From assembly GCA_044220495.1 (NCBI GenBank), contig JBGAQY010000014.1, positions 1,165 to 65,164 of the forward strand: a stretch of 64,000 nucleotides of DNA, written 5' to 3'. Position numbers and translations under genes: made by a program. The notes below the pieces were generated by a model. The model searched no databases and was not told the origin of the DNA. It worked only from the letters and a program-made list of their open reading frames with translations. The stretch comes from Acidimicrobiales bacterium (GTDB taxonomy: Bacteria > Actinomycetota > Acidimicrobiia > Acidimicrobiales > JBBSGY01). Positions 37,528 through 47,612 of the stretch are shown here, in pieces (the first letter of the stretch is position 1; each line of letters begins with the position of its first letter).

Positions 37528-38073
37528 CTACGAAGCCCGCAACGAGCGGTATTTCTCAACTATACCGGCGAGTGACACCACTGCCGTTTCTAAATCGTCG
37601 TTGACCAGGATCTCGTCGGCGATTTCGTGGCCATGAGCCATCTCTTTTTCGCCAAACGAGACGCGTTGGGCGATTCGTTCTTCACTGTCGCCGCGCTTGC
37701 GCAAACGCTCGCGCTGCACCTCGATCGACGGCGGAACCAACAAGATCACGATCGCTTCGGGGTTATGAGCGCGTACGCTTTGCGCCCCTTTGAGCTCGAT
37801 CTCGAGCAGCACATCTTTGCCGGGCGGCGGGTCGGGAATCGGGGTGCCATACATGGACCCCAAAAAATCGACCCACTCCAAAAAACCACCGGCGTCGATG
37901 TGGGCACGAAACTCGTCGACGGTAACGAAGTTATAAGCATCGTCAGACTCGCCAGGGCGGCGAGCCCGCGTTGTCCATGAACGACTGAGCCACAACGTGG
38001 GATCGCGAGACACCAACTCACGTACGACGGTGCCCTTCCCGACCCCACCTGGGCCAGAAACAATGAATATCAA
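37528..38073 (-). CDS. gmk: Guanylate kinase
   Basis: P-loop SGPGGVGKGT. TTG 38073 is the first start-like codon after the mihF stop. The track start at 38208 overlaps mihF. Confidence 0.9.
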   Translation of the reverse strand: MIFIVSGPGGVGKGTVVRELVSRDPTLWLSRSWTTRARRPGESDDAYNFVTVDEFRAHIDAGGFLEWVDFLGSMYGTPIPDPPPGKDVLLEIELKGAQSVRAHNPEAIVILLVPPSIEVQRERLRKRGDSEERIAQRVSFGEKEMAHGHEIADEILVNDDLETAVVSLAGIVEKYRSLRAS

Positions 38074-38116
38074 GGAAGACCTACTACGAAGGCGCTGGGC
38101 CTCCGTCTTCTCGAAG

Positions 38117-38437
38117 CTAGAGCTCGGACAAGCGAGAAAGCAGCTTCTCGCGCTGGTTCTTTCCGAGGCCTTGCATACGACGGGTGTCGCTGACACCGGC
38201 GTACTCAAGCAGGCTGCGAGCCTTGACCTTGCCGACTCGAGGGAGCGACTCGAGAACCGAAAGAACCTTCATCTTCCCCACGACTTCGTCGGTCTCGGCC
38301 TGCTGGCAGAGCTCGGGGAAGCTGACGGATCCGGCCTTGAGCTTCTCTTTGATTTCGGCCCGCGCCTTGCGAGAAGCAGCAGCCTTCTCGAGAGCGGCTT
38401 TACGTTGTTCATCTGTAAGTGCTGGAGGCAACGGCAT
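38117..38437 (-). CDS. mihF: Actinobacterial integration host factor mIHF
   Basis: From ATG 38437: MPLPPALTDEQRKAALEKAAASRKARAEIKEKLKAG..., the typical mIHF N-terminus. Confidence 0.85.
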   Translation of the reverse strand: MPLPPALTDEQRKAALEKAAASRKARAEIKEKLKAGSVSFPELCQQAETDEVVGKMKVLSVLESLPRVGKVKARSLLEYAGVSDTRRMQGLGKNQREKLLSRLSEL

Positions 38438-38564
38438 GGCTGGCACCATAGCGCGGTCAAGGCTCAGTAGGCGGGGATTCTCCCAGGAATCGCCCACGTT
38501 TCTCCTGGTCGCCGGGCAACTGGGTGGGCAGCCGAGGGGCCGCCCAAGCGCCCAACCAAGGGGC

Positions 38565-39260
38565 TCAGCCCAGCGAAACGACCAGCTCTTCAGCGGCCTT
38601 CACACGGTCGCCAGCGGCGGTCACGGCCCGGCCCACGACCAACAGGTCTGCGCCCGATGCAAGCGCCGCCTGAGGTGTCGTGTTCTCTTGGTACTCGTCT
38701 TCGGGCGCACCCGTCGGACGAATGCCTGTCACCACTGTCGACAGACGGGGCGCTAGTTGTTTCGCTTCTCGAATGTCAGCAGCAGCGCACACGAGACCTT
38801 GGCATCCACCTTCGACGGCAGCACGCACGCGATTGCCGAGAATGTGAGGCGGAGCTTCGTTGTCTCCCAAAAGGATTGTGACTGCAAGTGCATTTGGCGA
38901 GTCGAGCCCAGCGCGCGCCGCGCCCTCGCTCAAACCGTCAACACCCGCGCGCAGCATTGGTGCGCCACCGAATGCGTGCAGCGTCAAATAGGAAACGCCT
39001 ATCGAGCCCATCACGCGTGACGCGCGCTCAACAATCGACGGAGTGTCATGGAGCTTTACGTCTAAGAACACCTTGTAACCCTGGTCAGCGATGATGCCCA
39101 CGATGTCAGGGCCAACAGCGCTGAACAGTTCGAGGCCGATCTTCGCAACACCGAAGTAAGGCTGCAATTCGCTTGCGAGTCGGCGCGCCTCAACAAGGTC
39201 GTCGACATCAAGTGCAATCGCAAGCTTCTCGCGAGTTTGGTTAGCCACTGCGGTGCTCAT
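38565..39260 (-). CDS. pyrF: Orotidine 5'-phosphate decarboxylase
   Basis: LAIALDV, FLDVKLHDTP. Confidence 0.9.
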   Translation of the reverse strand: MSTAVANQTREKLAIALDVDDLVEARRLASELQPYFGVAKIGLELFSAVGPDIVGIIADQGYKVFLDVKLHDTPSIVERASRVMGSIGVSYLTLHAFGGAPMLRAGVDGLSEGAARAGLDSPNALAVTILLGDNEAPPHILGNRVRAAVEGGCQGLVCAAADIREAKQLAPRLSTVVTGIRPTGAPEDEYQENTTPQAALASGADLLVVGRAVTAAGDRVKAAEELVVSLG

Positions 39261-39376
39261 CTGGAACTCCCCTGGGTTCTACTTCGGTCGAACGGGAAAC
39301 CAAGACGGTCACAACAACGACTGACTCAGGCCCCTTTTGCCTAGTAACGGTAGTCGCAGCTGGGGCCTTAGCGCTG

Positions 39377-41179
39377 TCACGAATCGCGGCGGGCCTTGCC
39401 GTCGATCGCAATCGGCGGATCAGACGACGCCCAGGCTGCCCGGCGCAAGATGCCGCCTTCGGGCTTACGCATATCGCCACCAGGGCCTTGTGCCCTAGTC
39501 ATCAGCTCTCCGTACCAAATATCGGGATCTTCGAGGAGCAAGAGTTCTTCCATGATCGCGAAGCGTTCACTGACTTCTTCAGACTCCATCAGCAATGCTT
39601 GTTTCAACGCCTTGGCACAACGACGAGCCGCCTCATCATCTTTGACACGCGGCCCGATGCCCTCAACGACGATTGCGCCTGGCTTGTATCCCGTGCCTTT
39701 CACGGCCCGCTCAATCACTTCACCGATCGGGCCCCACGCAACTGGTCGTGACTCTTCAGCAACGATGCCCGCCATCGTGTCGGACGTTCCCGCCTCGGCC
39801 GACAACACATTCACCGACGGCCCATCACCTTCGCTCAACACTTTCAACGCAACAGCTTCTTGGCCGACTATGTCGCGACCACCAGCGCGCGACAAGACGG
39901 CAACGACATCGGCAATGCGAAACGTCGCAACCGCGTCAGCGCGGCGTTTGCCCATTGGCTGGCCACGGCGATCGAGGTTGTAACGCAACAAGATTTTCGC
40001 TCGGCGATGCTTGTCTTCGATCCGCGCTTTGCTGTCGAGCAGATACTCCCAATGAGCTCGGTAGACCTCAGAGTCGAGTCGCGTGGGTGAAACGTTCAAC
40101 ACCAACGCAGGCTTCTCTGATATTTCCGGATCGTCGAGCAAGATCTCATAAGCGTCGAGCAAGCGATCCATCCCGTTCTTTGGATCCGCACGCCCGACCG
40201 AGCCGATGATCTTGCCCTTGAACGGTCGTCCGCCGTTGCGATCGGCAAGTTCACCACGTATCTGCCCCATCGCTTCTTCGACTTCGCGGCCGAGCGCTTC
40301 GTTGCGCAATATGTCGACGTCGACATAGGCAGGCATAACGAAAGACGGTGACGCCGGCGATCGACCCAAGACTGCGTTGTGCGCTGCACAGAAACGCTGC
40401 ACCCATTGATCACGATGAAAACCCATGGGCACCGACGCAATAGCTTCGAGGAACTGTCGTGTTCGCGGGTGACTGGCTTCGGTTTCGCGTAGGCCCTTGA
40501 GCAGTTGATCGGTCTCTGCGAAAGGAATATGCCAAAAGCCGACGACGTCAATCTTCTTCTTGCGTCGGCGCGCCAGCTCCTTTACGTAACGGCCGCACAA
40601 ACCGAGGTGAAAGTCGTGCACTTGCACAATGGCGCCGTCGTTAGCGTGATCAACCACATACTCTGCAAAACGTCGGTTGACCGACGCGTAGGCATCCCAC
40701 GCTTGCTTGACTTCAGCGGTGGTGAGGTCGTGGTCCATACCGTGATGTGTCATCCACATCACGGTGTTTGACATCACGCCCTTGTAAAGCCGATCTTCCT
40801 CTTCACTGAGGGCAAGAAAGCGCAGCTGCACAGCGCGCGCCATCTTTGGTCGGCCGGGGGCGGCTCGTTCGAGCACGCCGTCATCGGCGCGCTCAAGGTC
40901 TTGCGGGGTCTTGGCTGCGGCGAGCCAGAACACATCGAAACCCGTTTGTTCGGTGGTTTCAAACTCTCCCTCATCCGTGATCGCAACGGTCTCTGTCGGT
41001 TGCGCCGAATGAAGAGCGGGCGGAATGAGCACCATCGACAAACCTCCGGGCACCCATCGCAGCACGGTCTCGCCCGTCGGATCAGCTCGGTATTCACCAG
41101 GCCCACGATTCGAAATAATCCACGTTTGGCGAACGAGGCCAAACGGTGTCACGGGACTGGGTGCTGCGAGCTGCGTCAA
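39377..41179 (-). CDS. Divergent GT20-family (trehalose-6-phosphate synthase OtsA-like) glycosyltransferase with ~130-aa C-terminal extension
   Basis: Collinear with OtsA blocks. IISNRGP matches VVVSNR. VHDFHL matches IHDYHL. FWHIPF matches FLHIPFP. VGRADPKNG matches VERLDYSKG. LSRAGGRDIVGQE replaces the catalytic-loop PLRDGMNLVAKE. Confidence 0.75.
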   Translation of the reverse strand: MTQLAAPSPVTPFGLVRQTWIISNRGPGEYRADPTGETVLRWVPGGLSMVLIPPALHSAQPTETVAITDEGEFETTEQTGFDVFWLAAAKTPQDLERADDGVLERAAPGRPKMARAVQLRFLALSEEEDRLYKGVMSNTVMWMTHHGMDHDLTTAEVKQAWDAYASVNRRFAEYVVDHANDGAIVQVHDFHLGLCGRYVKELARRRKKKIDVVGFWHIPFAETDQLLKGLRETEASHPRTRQFLEAIASVPMGFHRDQWVQRFCAAHNAVLGRSPASPSFVMPAYVDVDILRNEALGREVEEAMGQIRGELADRNGGRPFKGKIIGSVGRADPKNGMDRLLDAYEILLDDPEISEKPALVLNVSPTRLDSEVYRAHWEYLLDSKARIEDKHRRAKILLRYNLDRRGQPMGKRRADAVATFRIADVVAVLSRAGGRDIVGQEAVALKVLSEGDGPSVNVLSAEAGTSDTMAGIVAEESRPVAWGPIGEVIERAVKGTGYKPGAIVVEGIGPRVKDDEAARRCAKALKQALLMESEEVSERFAIMEELLLLEDPDIWYGELMTRAQGPGGDMRKPEGGILRRAAWASSDPPIAIDGKARRDS

Positions 41180-41259
41180 GGCCTATGCACACTCCCCACG
41201 TTGGCGGTGGACGGTTGGATCGTGGATGGTTGGGTTGGTCGATATCTAGTTTGCCAGCA

Positions 41260-44200
41260 TCACACTTCGAGCGCGAGCTGATCTGCTGCGTGAAGTTCTT
41301 GCAGACTACGTACTCGCAGCTCGCGTGTGCGCCATGCCGAAACTCCTGCTGCTGCTGCACGAGCGGCAGCAGGAGTAGTGAGACAAACAATCTTGTGACG
41401 TCGTGCGGCAGCGCGAATGTGCGCACCATCAGCACGAGGTGCTCGCCCTTCGCGCGGAGTATTGACCACCAACTGCACGCTGCCGGCACTAATGAGATCA
41501 ACAGCGTCTACGCCGTGCTTCTCACCGACCTTGTTGATGATCACCTCTACAGCCAAGCCGTGATCTTTGAAGAACTTTGCGGTACCGGCGGTTGCGGCAA
41601 GGCCGAAACCGAGTTCGGCAAAGTGACGCGCCGCCGACAAGCAACTCTCTTTGTCACGGTCAGCAAGCGTGAACAGCACCGTTCCCTCTTGAGGCAAACG
41701 GTTGCCGGCCGCCAGTTGGCTCTTGGCAAAGGCAAGACCAAAGCTGGTGTCGACGCCCATGACTTCTCCAGTCGAACGCATCTCGGGCAACAACAACGTG
41801 TCGGCTTCGGGAAATCGGTCAAACGGCAGCACGGCTTCTTTGACGCTGACGTGCCCACCAGTTGCCGGTTCGCGCAACAGTCCTTCGGCTCGCAACTCAG
41901 CAAGAGTCGCACCAAGTTGAACTCGCGACGCGATCTTGGCAAGCGGCACACCCGTGGCCTTGGCGACAAACGGAACGGTGCGACTAGCTCGCGGGTTGGC
42001 CTCGATCACGTAAACGGTTTCACCGCGCACAGCAAACTGCACGTTGAGCAAGCCCTTCACGTCAAGCGCAGTAGCGATCTTGCGTGCTTGCTCTTCGATT
42101 TCGTGAATAACAGCGGGAGTAAGAGTCGGAGGAGGCAACACACATGCACTGTCACCCGAGTGCACACCGGCCTCTTCGACGTGTTCCATCACGCCACCGA
42201 TCAGCACTTCACCGCTCACGTCGCGAATCGAGTCGACATCGACTTCAATCGCATCTTCGAGAAAGCGATCAATCAACACAGGGCGTTCGGCCGATAGACC
42301 ACCTTCGCGACCAAGCGTTCCCCCACGAAGTAGTTCGGCCATTGCTTCAGCGAGATCTTCATCGTTGTAAACAATCCGCATCGCTCGGCCACCAAGCACA
42401 TAGCTCGGACGAACAAGAACTGGGTAGTCAACTTCGGTTGCGATGCCCACCGCTTCTTCGAACGAAGTGGCAAGTCCGCCTGACGGCTGACGAAGACCGA
42501 GCGAGTCGCAGAGTTGATTCCAACGCTCGCGATCTTCAGCCAAGTCAATTGATTCAGGTGAAGTGCCAAGGATGAGCTCTGCGGGTAACACATCAGCAAG
42601 CTTCAGCGGAGTCTGTCCGCCGAGCGACACAACGATGCCGCGCAACTCGCCAAAACGTGACTCGGCCTCAATGACGTTCATGACGTCTTCGTGAGTGAGC
42701 GGTTCGAAGTAGAGACGATCACTCGTGTCGTAGTCAGTCGAAACGGTTTCGGGGTTGCAGTTGATCATCACCGTTTCGTAGCCCGCCTCGCGCAGAGCAA
42801 AGCTCGCGTGAACGCAGCAGTAGTCGAACTCGACACCTTGCCCAATGCGATTCGGGCCCGATCCCAAGATGATGACTTTGGGCTTACTTGACGGACGCAC
42901 TTCATCTTCGTCTTCATAAGTCGAGTAGTGGTAAGGCGTGTTGGCCTCGAACTCAGCCCCGCACGTATCAACTGTTTTGTATGTCGGGATAACGCCTTGC
43001 TCCAAACGAGCAGACCGCACCTCAGCTTCGGTGGCGTTCCACAGGTAGGCAAGCTGCGCGTCAGAAAACCCAAGTCGCTTGGCTCGACGCCATTCGCCAC
43101 GCGTGAGTTCTTTCGGGTGACGATCTGCAAGCGCTATGCGTTCCTCGGTGATCGCCAACAGCTGGTCGAGGAACCACGGATCAACTTGGGTCGATTCAGC
43201 CAATCGATCGACACTGACGCCACGACGCAAAGCCGCTTCGAGTTGGAACACACGCGCGGGCGTTGCTGTCGATGCCAAGCGCACCAGATCGTCATCGCTG
43301 TGAACATCAAGTGCCGACTCAGCGGGATCGCAGTTGAGGCCGAAGCGGCCTTGCTCGAGCGAACGCAGACCCTTCTGCAAAGACTCAGGGAACGTGCGTC
43401 CGATTGCCATGGCTTCGCCGACTGACTGCATGCGCGAGGTCAGTGTCTCGCCGGTCTCGGGAAACTTCTCGAACGCCCAACGAGGGATCTTCGTGACCAC
43501 ATAGTCGATCGTTGGTTCGAAACTCGCCGGAGTCACGCCTGTGATGTCGTTGGTGACTTCATCGAGCGTGTAGCCAACGGCCAAACGCGCGGCGATCTTG
43601 GCAATCGGAAAGCCCGTTGCTTTCGACGCCAAAGCACTCGACCGGCTAACGCGAGGGTTCATCTCGATGACAACCATCTCGCCGTTTGATGGATTGATCG
43701 CGAACTGAATGTTCGATCCACCGGTGTCGACGCCGATACGACGGATGCACGCAAACGCGGCATCGCGCATCAACTGATACTCAATGTCAGAAAGCGTCTG
43801 CGCCGGCGCCACCGTGATCGAGTCACCCGTGTGCACACCCATTGGATCAAAGTTCTCAATCGAGCAGATGATCACGCAGTTGTCTGCGTGATCGCGCATG
43901 ACTTCGAGTTCGTATTCTTTCCAACCAGCAATCGACTTCTCGATGAGCACTTCGCCGCGTGGGCTGGCTTCAATGCCTTGCTCGGCAAGCACGCGCAAAC
44001 GTTCAGCGTCGTCAGCAATGCCAGTGCCGGCACCGCCGAGAATGAACGATGGGCGAACCATGATCGGAAAGCCGATCTCGATACCCATGCGCACAGCTTC
44101 ATCGACGTCGTAGGCAAAGCCCGACTCAGGCACTGACAAACCAATGTCTGTCATTGCTCGCTTGAACTCGTCGCGAATTTCAGCGGTGCGAATCGCCGTG

Positions 44201-44559
44201 GCGTTAGCGCCGATCAACTCAACGTTGTAGCGCTCGAGAACACCGGCCTCGTCGAGCTCCATCGCGAGATTCAGCGCGGTCTGCCCACCGAGCGTCGGCA
44301 ACACGGCGTCAGGACGTTCGCGATCGATGATCGCTGTAAGCACTTCGAGGTCAAGCGGCTCGACATAAGTGCGGTGCGCGAACTCGGGGTCGGTCATGAT
44401 CGTTGCCGGGTTTGAGTTGGCGAGAATGACCCGATAACCCTCTTCCATCAACACACGACAAGCCTGCGTGCCCGAGTAGTCGAACTCACACGCTTGGCCG
44501 ATAACGATCGGGCCCGAGCCGATGAGAAGGATCGTGGAGATATCTGTACGTTTTGGCAT
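41260..44559 (-). CDS. carB: Carbamoyl-phosphate synthase large subunit
   Basis: 1099 aa with duplicated ATP-grasp halves and an MGS-like C-terminus. Confidence 0.98.
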   Translation of the reverse strand: MPKRTDISTILLIGSGPIVIGQACEFDYSGTQACRVLMEEGYRVILANSNPATIMTDPEFAHRTYVEPLDLEVLTAIIDRERPDAVLPTLGGQTALNLAMELDEAGVLERYNVELIGANATAIRTAEIRDEFKRAMTDIGLSVPESGFAYDVDEAVRMGIEIGFPIMVRPSFILGGAGTGIADDAERLRVLAEQGIEASPRGEVLIEKSIAGWKEYELEVMRDHADNCVIICSIENFDPMGVHTGDSITVAPAQTLSDIEYQLMRDAAFACIRRIGVDTGGSNIQFAINPSNGEMVVIEMNPRVSRSSALASKATGFPIAKIAARLAVGYTLDEVTNDITGVTPASFEPTIDYVVTKIPRWAFEKFPETGETLTSRMQSVGEAMAIGRTFPESLQKGLRSLEQGRFGLNCDPAESALDVHSDDDLVRLASTATPARVFQLEAALRRGVSVDRLAESTQVDPWFLDQLLAITEERIALADRHPKELTRGEWRRAKRLGFSDAQLAYLWNATEAEVRSARLEQGVIPTYKTVDTCGAEFEANTPYHYSTYEDEDEVRPSSKPKVIILGSGPNRIGQGVEFDYCCVHASFALREAGYETVMINCNPETVSTDYDTSDRLYFEPLTHEDVMNVIEAESRFGELRGIVVSLGGQTPLKLADVLPAELILGTSPESIDLAEDRERWNQLCDSLGLRQPSGGLATSFEEAVGIATEVDYPVLVRPSYVLGGRAMRIVYNDEDLAEAMAELLRGGTLGREGGLSAERPVLIDRFLEDAIEVDVDSIRDVSGEVLIGGVMEHVEEAGVHSGDSACVLPPPTLTPAVIHEIEEQARKIATALDVKGLLNVQFAVRGETVYVIEANPRASRTVPFVAKATGVPLAKIASRVQLGATLAELRAEGLLREPATGGHVSVKEAVLPFDRFPEADTLLLPEMRSTGEVMGVDTSFGLAFAKSQLAAGNRLPQEGTVLFTLADRDKESCLSAARHFAELGFGLAATAGTAKFFKDHGLAVEVIINKVGEKHGVDAVDLISAGSVQLVVNTPREGRAPRADGAHIRAAARRHKIVCLTTPAAARAAAAGVSAWRTRELRVRSLQELHAADQLALEV

Positions 44560-44562
44560 CAG

Positions 44563-45645
44563 CTAACGGATTCCTTGCACATCGCGCATTAGGTCTTCGA
44601 ATTGTTTGAACAAGTACCGGGCATCGTGCGGACCGGGCCCGGCCTCAGGGTGATATTGCACACTGAACGCAGGCACTTCCGAACTCTTGAGGCCTTCAAT
44701 CACACCGTCGTTGAGGTTGATGTGCGTGATGTCAGCGTTCTTCAAGCTGCCTTCGGCAACTGCGTAGTTGTGGTTCTGACTCGTGATTTCGACAGCACTG
44801 TTTTCAAGTCGACGAACCGGGTGATTGCCACCATGGTGGCCAAAGGGCAACTTGTAAGTCGTGGCGCCAAGAGCGCTGGCAAGCAGCTGATGACCAAGAC
44901 AGATGCCAAAGATCGGCACTTCGCCCAACAACTTGCTGATGTTGTCGCGCGCATACGTGACAGCGGCGGGATCACCAGGGCCGTTGGAGAGAAAGACACC
45001 GTCGGCGTTGCGAGCAAGCACCTCATCTGCAGGCGTTGATGCGGGCACAACTTCCACCGTCGCGATCTCAGCCAGGTGACGAAGCATGGTGCGCTTGATT
45101 CCGAAGTCGTAGGCAACAACCTTGAGCGGGCCGTCGCCAATTGTGTAGGGCGTCTGTGTAGTGACACCAGCAACGAGGTCACATCCATCAGTGCCTTGTG
45201 CTTGCACGGCTGCGTTCTTCAATGTGACTTCGTCAGCCGTACCGAACGCGCACGGCATCGAACCGGCCTCACGAATATGACGCGTGAGCCGACGAGTGTC
45301 GACGCCGGCGATACCGGCAATGTTCTGACGCAACAAGAACGCATCGAGACTTTCACTTGCTCGCCAGCTGCTCGGACGACGAGCCAAGTCGCGAACGATC
45401 ACACCACGACAGTGAGCCTTGACGCTCTCGTCGTCATCAGGAGCAACGCCGTAGTTGCCGATGTGCGGATAGGTGAAAGTAATGACCTGTCCGGAATACG
45501 ACGGGTCAGTCAAGACTTCCTGGTAGCCGCTCATCACAGTGTTGAAAACGACTTCACCCGTCGAGACACCTGACTCGGGCGTTGCACCGATGGCCTCGCC
45601 CTCAAATATCGTGCCGTCAGCCAGTACTAATAGAGCTTCTTTCAT
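44563..45645 (-). CDS. carA: Carbamoyl-phosphate synthase small subunit
   Basis: From ATG 45645 (ATGA overlap with the pyrC stop): [20 protein letters not shown]. GATase motifs GICLGHQ and HGGNHPV. The 105-aa N-terminal extension in the track was rejected. Confidence 0.95.
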   Translation of the reverse strand: MKEALLVLADGTIFEGEAIGATPESGVSTGEVVFNTVMSGYQEVLTDPSYSGQVITFTYPHIGNYGVAPDDDESVKAHCRGVIVRDLARRPSSWRASESLDAFLLRQNIAGIAGVDTRRLTRHIREAGSMPCAFGTADEVTLKNAAVQAQGTDGCDLVAGVTTQTPYTIGDGPLKVVAYDFGIKRTMLRHLAEIATVEVVPASTPADEVLARNADGVFLSNGPGDPAAVTYARDNISKLLGEVPIFGICLGHQLLASALGATTYKLPFGHHGGNHPVRRLENSAVEITSQNHNYAVAEGSLKNADITHINLNDGVIEGLKSSEVPAFSVQYHPEAGPGPHDARYLFKQFEDLMRDVQGIR

Positions 45646-46925
45646 CGCTGTGCTGCTCCATCTCGAACCACGACTTCGCCGCGGTGAATCGTGTGTCGAA
45701 CACGGCCTTGCAACTTGCGTCCGACGTAAGGGGTGTTGCGCGCTTTGCTGGAGAGTTTCTCGGGTTCGACAACCCACCACGCTTCGGGGTCGATCACGCA
45801 AACGTTCGCAGCGCGACCAACGCCGAGCGATCCGTGTTCGCTGTCGAGGCCGGCGATGCGAGCAGGCTGCCACGACATGAGGGCAAGCACTTGCTCGATC
45901 GGCATTTCCAATTCTGTGATCGCAAGCGCAAGCGCCGTTTCGAGACCCAACATTCCGCACGGTGCTTCGTTGAATGGAAGCTGCTTCAAGTCGCGCGTGT
46001 GTGGCGCGTGGTCGGTTGCAATTGCGTCGATAGTGCGACCGATGAGCCCAAGACGCACGGCCTGACGATCACCTTCGGTGCGCAGGGGCGGATTCACCTT
46101 GAATGCAGGGTCGAGCGATAACACTTCTTCTTCAGTGAGGGTGAAGTGGTGCGGCGCTGCTTCTGCTGTCACGGGCAACCCTTCGGCTTTGGCAGCAGCA
46201 ACCAACGCAACCGAACCGACAGTCGATAGGTGCAGGAAGTGAATGCGGGCTCCGGTCTTGCGCGCAAGAGCAATGTCACGCATCACCATGACCTCTTCAG
46301 CTTCATGAGGAATGCCGACGATGCCAAGTGTTTGCGACGTCGGCCCGTCGTTCATTTGCCCGGCATGCGAAAGACATGAGTCTTCGCAATGCTGCGCAAG
46401 AGTGAGGCCAAGCGGGATCGACTGTTCAAACGCAGCTTGCATGAGTCGAGCGTCTTGCACTCCAGAGCCGTCGTCAGTGAGCAGGCGCACTCCCCTTGCT
46501 GCCAATTCAGCAAACGGGGTCAAACGCTCACCAGCACGATCGACAGTGATCGATGCCGACACCGCAACGTCACACAATGCATTTCGTGCAGCCCGCTGAA
46601 CTTGCTCGACAACTTCGACGCAGTCAATCGTCGGCTCAGTGTTGGGCATGGCCACCACTGCTGCGTAACCGCCGAGCGCCGCCGCACGCGAACCCGTCTC
46701 AACCGTTTCGGCCTCTTCACGACCGGGCTCACGCAAGTGCGTGTGAATGTCGACAAGGCCGGGGCTCACCACACATCCGTCGGCATCAATGACGCGCGCA
46801 TTGGTTGTGTCGGCGTTTGCCTCAACTGCTCGAATAACTCCGTCAGCAATGACGACGTCAGCAACACGCGATCCTGACTCGTCGATGACGGTGCCACCTT
46901 TGATAACGGTTACTTCACTACTCAT
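45642..46925 (-). CDS. pyrC: Dihydroorotase
   Basis: [15 protein letters not shown] and a metal-binding His/Asp pattern. The start forms an ATGA overlap with the pyrR stop. Confidence 0.93.
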   Translation of the reverse strand: MSSEVTVIKGGTVIDESGSRVADVVIADGVIRAVEANADTTNARVIDADGCVVSPGLVDIHTHLREPGREEAETVETGSRAAALGGYAAVVAMPNTEPTIDCVEVVEQVQRAARNALCDVAVSASITVDRAGERLTPFAELAARGVRLLTDDGSGVQDARLMQAAFEQSIPLGLTLAQHCEDSCLSHAGQMNDGPTSQTLGIVGIPHEAEEVMVMRDIALARKTGARIHFLHLSTVGSVALVAAAKAEGLPVTAEAAPHHFTLTEEEVLSLDPAFKVNPPLRTEGDRQAVRLGLIGRTIDAIATDHAPHTRDLKQLPFNEAPCGMLGLETALALAITELEMPIEQVLALMSWQPARIAGLDSEHGSLGVGRAANVCVIDPEAWWVVEPEKLSSKARNTPYVGRKLQGRVRHTIHRGEVVVRDGAAQR

Positions 46926-47491
46926 CGACCGACCACATCTCCCAAGATCACGCCTTCTTCGCTGACATCTACTTGCTCGTCACGACGTGTTGGCAAGTTC
47001 TTGCCCACGTAGTCGGGACGAATTGGCAGTTCACGGTGGCCACGATCGACCATCACGGCGAGCTGCACGGATTGAGCGCGGCCAAATTCGTTGAGCGCAT
47101 TGAGAGCAGCTCGCACGGTTCGGCCGGTAAATAGCACGTCGTCAATGAGTACGACTGTCTTGCCGACCAGCTCGACGGGAATTGCGGTCGCCGCTTCGGG
47201 CAACACTGCGCGCATGCCGACGTCGTCGCGGAAATAGGCAACGTCTAACGATCCGACCGGCACTTCGACTTGCTCGATTTCAAACAGTGCCTGCGCCAAG
47301 CGCTCGGCGAAAGGAACACCACCTGTTTGCAGTCCGATCAGTACAACGTCTTCGAGGCCGCGATTGCGTTCGAGGATCTCGTGAGCAATACGAGTAATAG
47401 CTCGACGGACTTGATCGGGAGTCATCACGGTTGCCCGTGGAAAAAACACGCCACCCCTGGGAGGTGCCAGAGATCGCTCGCGCTCAGCCAA
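46922..47491 (-). CDS. pyrR: Bifunctional pyrimidine operon regulator / uracil phosphoribosyltransferase PyrR
   Basis: RRAITRIAHEILERN, VLIDDVLFTGRT, VDRGHRELPIRPD. The start is ambiguous: TTG 47491 (gaaagg 9 nt upstream), GTG 47449, or ATG 47425. Confidence 0.9.
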   Translation of the reverse strand: MAERERSLAPPRGGVFFPRATVMTPDQVRRAITRIAHEILERNRGLEDVVLIGLQTGGVPFAERLAQALFEIEQVEVPVGSLDVAYFRDDVGMRAVLPEAATAIPVELVGKTVVLIDDVLFTGRTVRAALNALNEFGRAQSVQLAVMVDRGHRELPIRPDYVGKNLPTRRDEQVDVSEEGVILGDVVGR

Positions 47492-47509
47492 AACTTAAAG
47501 CCTTTCTGT

Positions 47510-47540
47510 CCGTGCCGGCCTCTCGGGACCAGCTTCACGG
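47510..47540 (-). promoter_or_regulatory. Candidate PyrR-binding RNA hairpin in the pyrR leader
   Basis: Minus-strand RNA: ccgug-aagcu-GGUCCCGAGAGGCC-gg-cacgg. The inner part resembles the PyrR binding-loop consensus (A/G)UCCAGAGAGGCU. The hairpin ends 5 nt before the gaaagg SD of the TTG start. Confidence 0.5.
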
Positions 47541-47612
47541 TCAGACTCAAAATGTAGCAGCACCCACGGGCTACACCCAGCTTCGCCTCAGGCGGATTTG
47601 CTTCCTCAACTG

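Noticed and set aside
39331-39363. aggcccc...ggggcct inverted repeat in the GT20-pyrF gap
   Set aside because: It has a 7-bp stem with a ~20-nt loop and no U-tract on either strand. That is not distinguishable from chance in GC-rich DNA.
44563-45960. N-terminal extensions given by the track for carA (45960), aroC (56908), hisG (26852), opcA (6718), the histidine kinase (21363), gmk (38208), rpe (31649) and mihF (38497)
   Set aside because: In each case the extension overlaps the upstream gene and lacks similarity to the family. An internal start gives the conserved N-terminus, often with a 4-nt stop/start overlap.
47441-47466. Hairpin plus T6 run read as an intrinsic terminator or attenuator upstream of pyrR
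   Set aside because: The stem is only ~6 bp, and the U-run starts 5 nt after it. The run can equally be the Phe-Phe codons of PyrR if translation starts at TTG 47491 or GTG 47449. It is kept only as a hypothesis in the pyrR leader finding.
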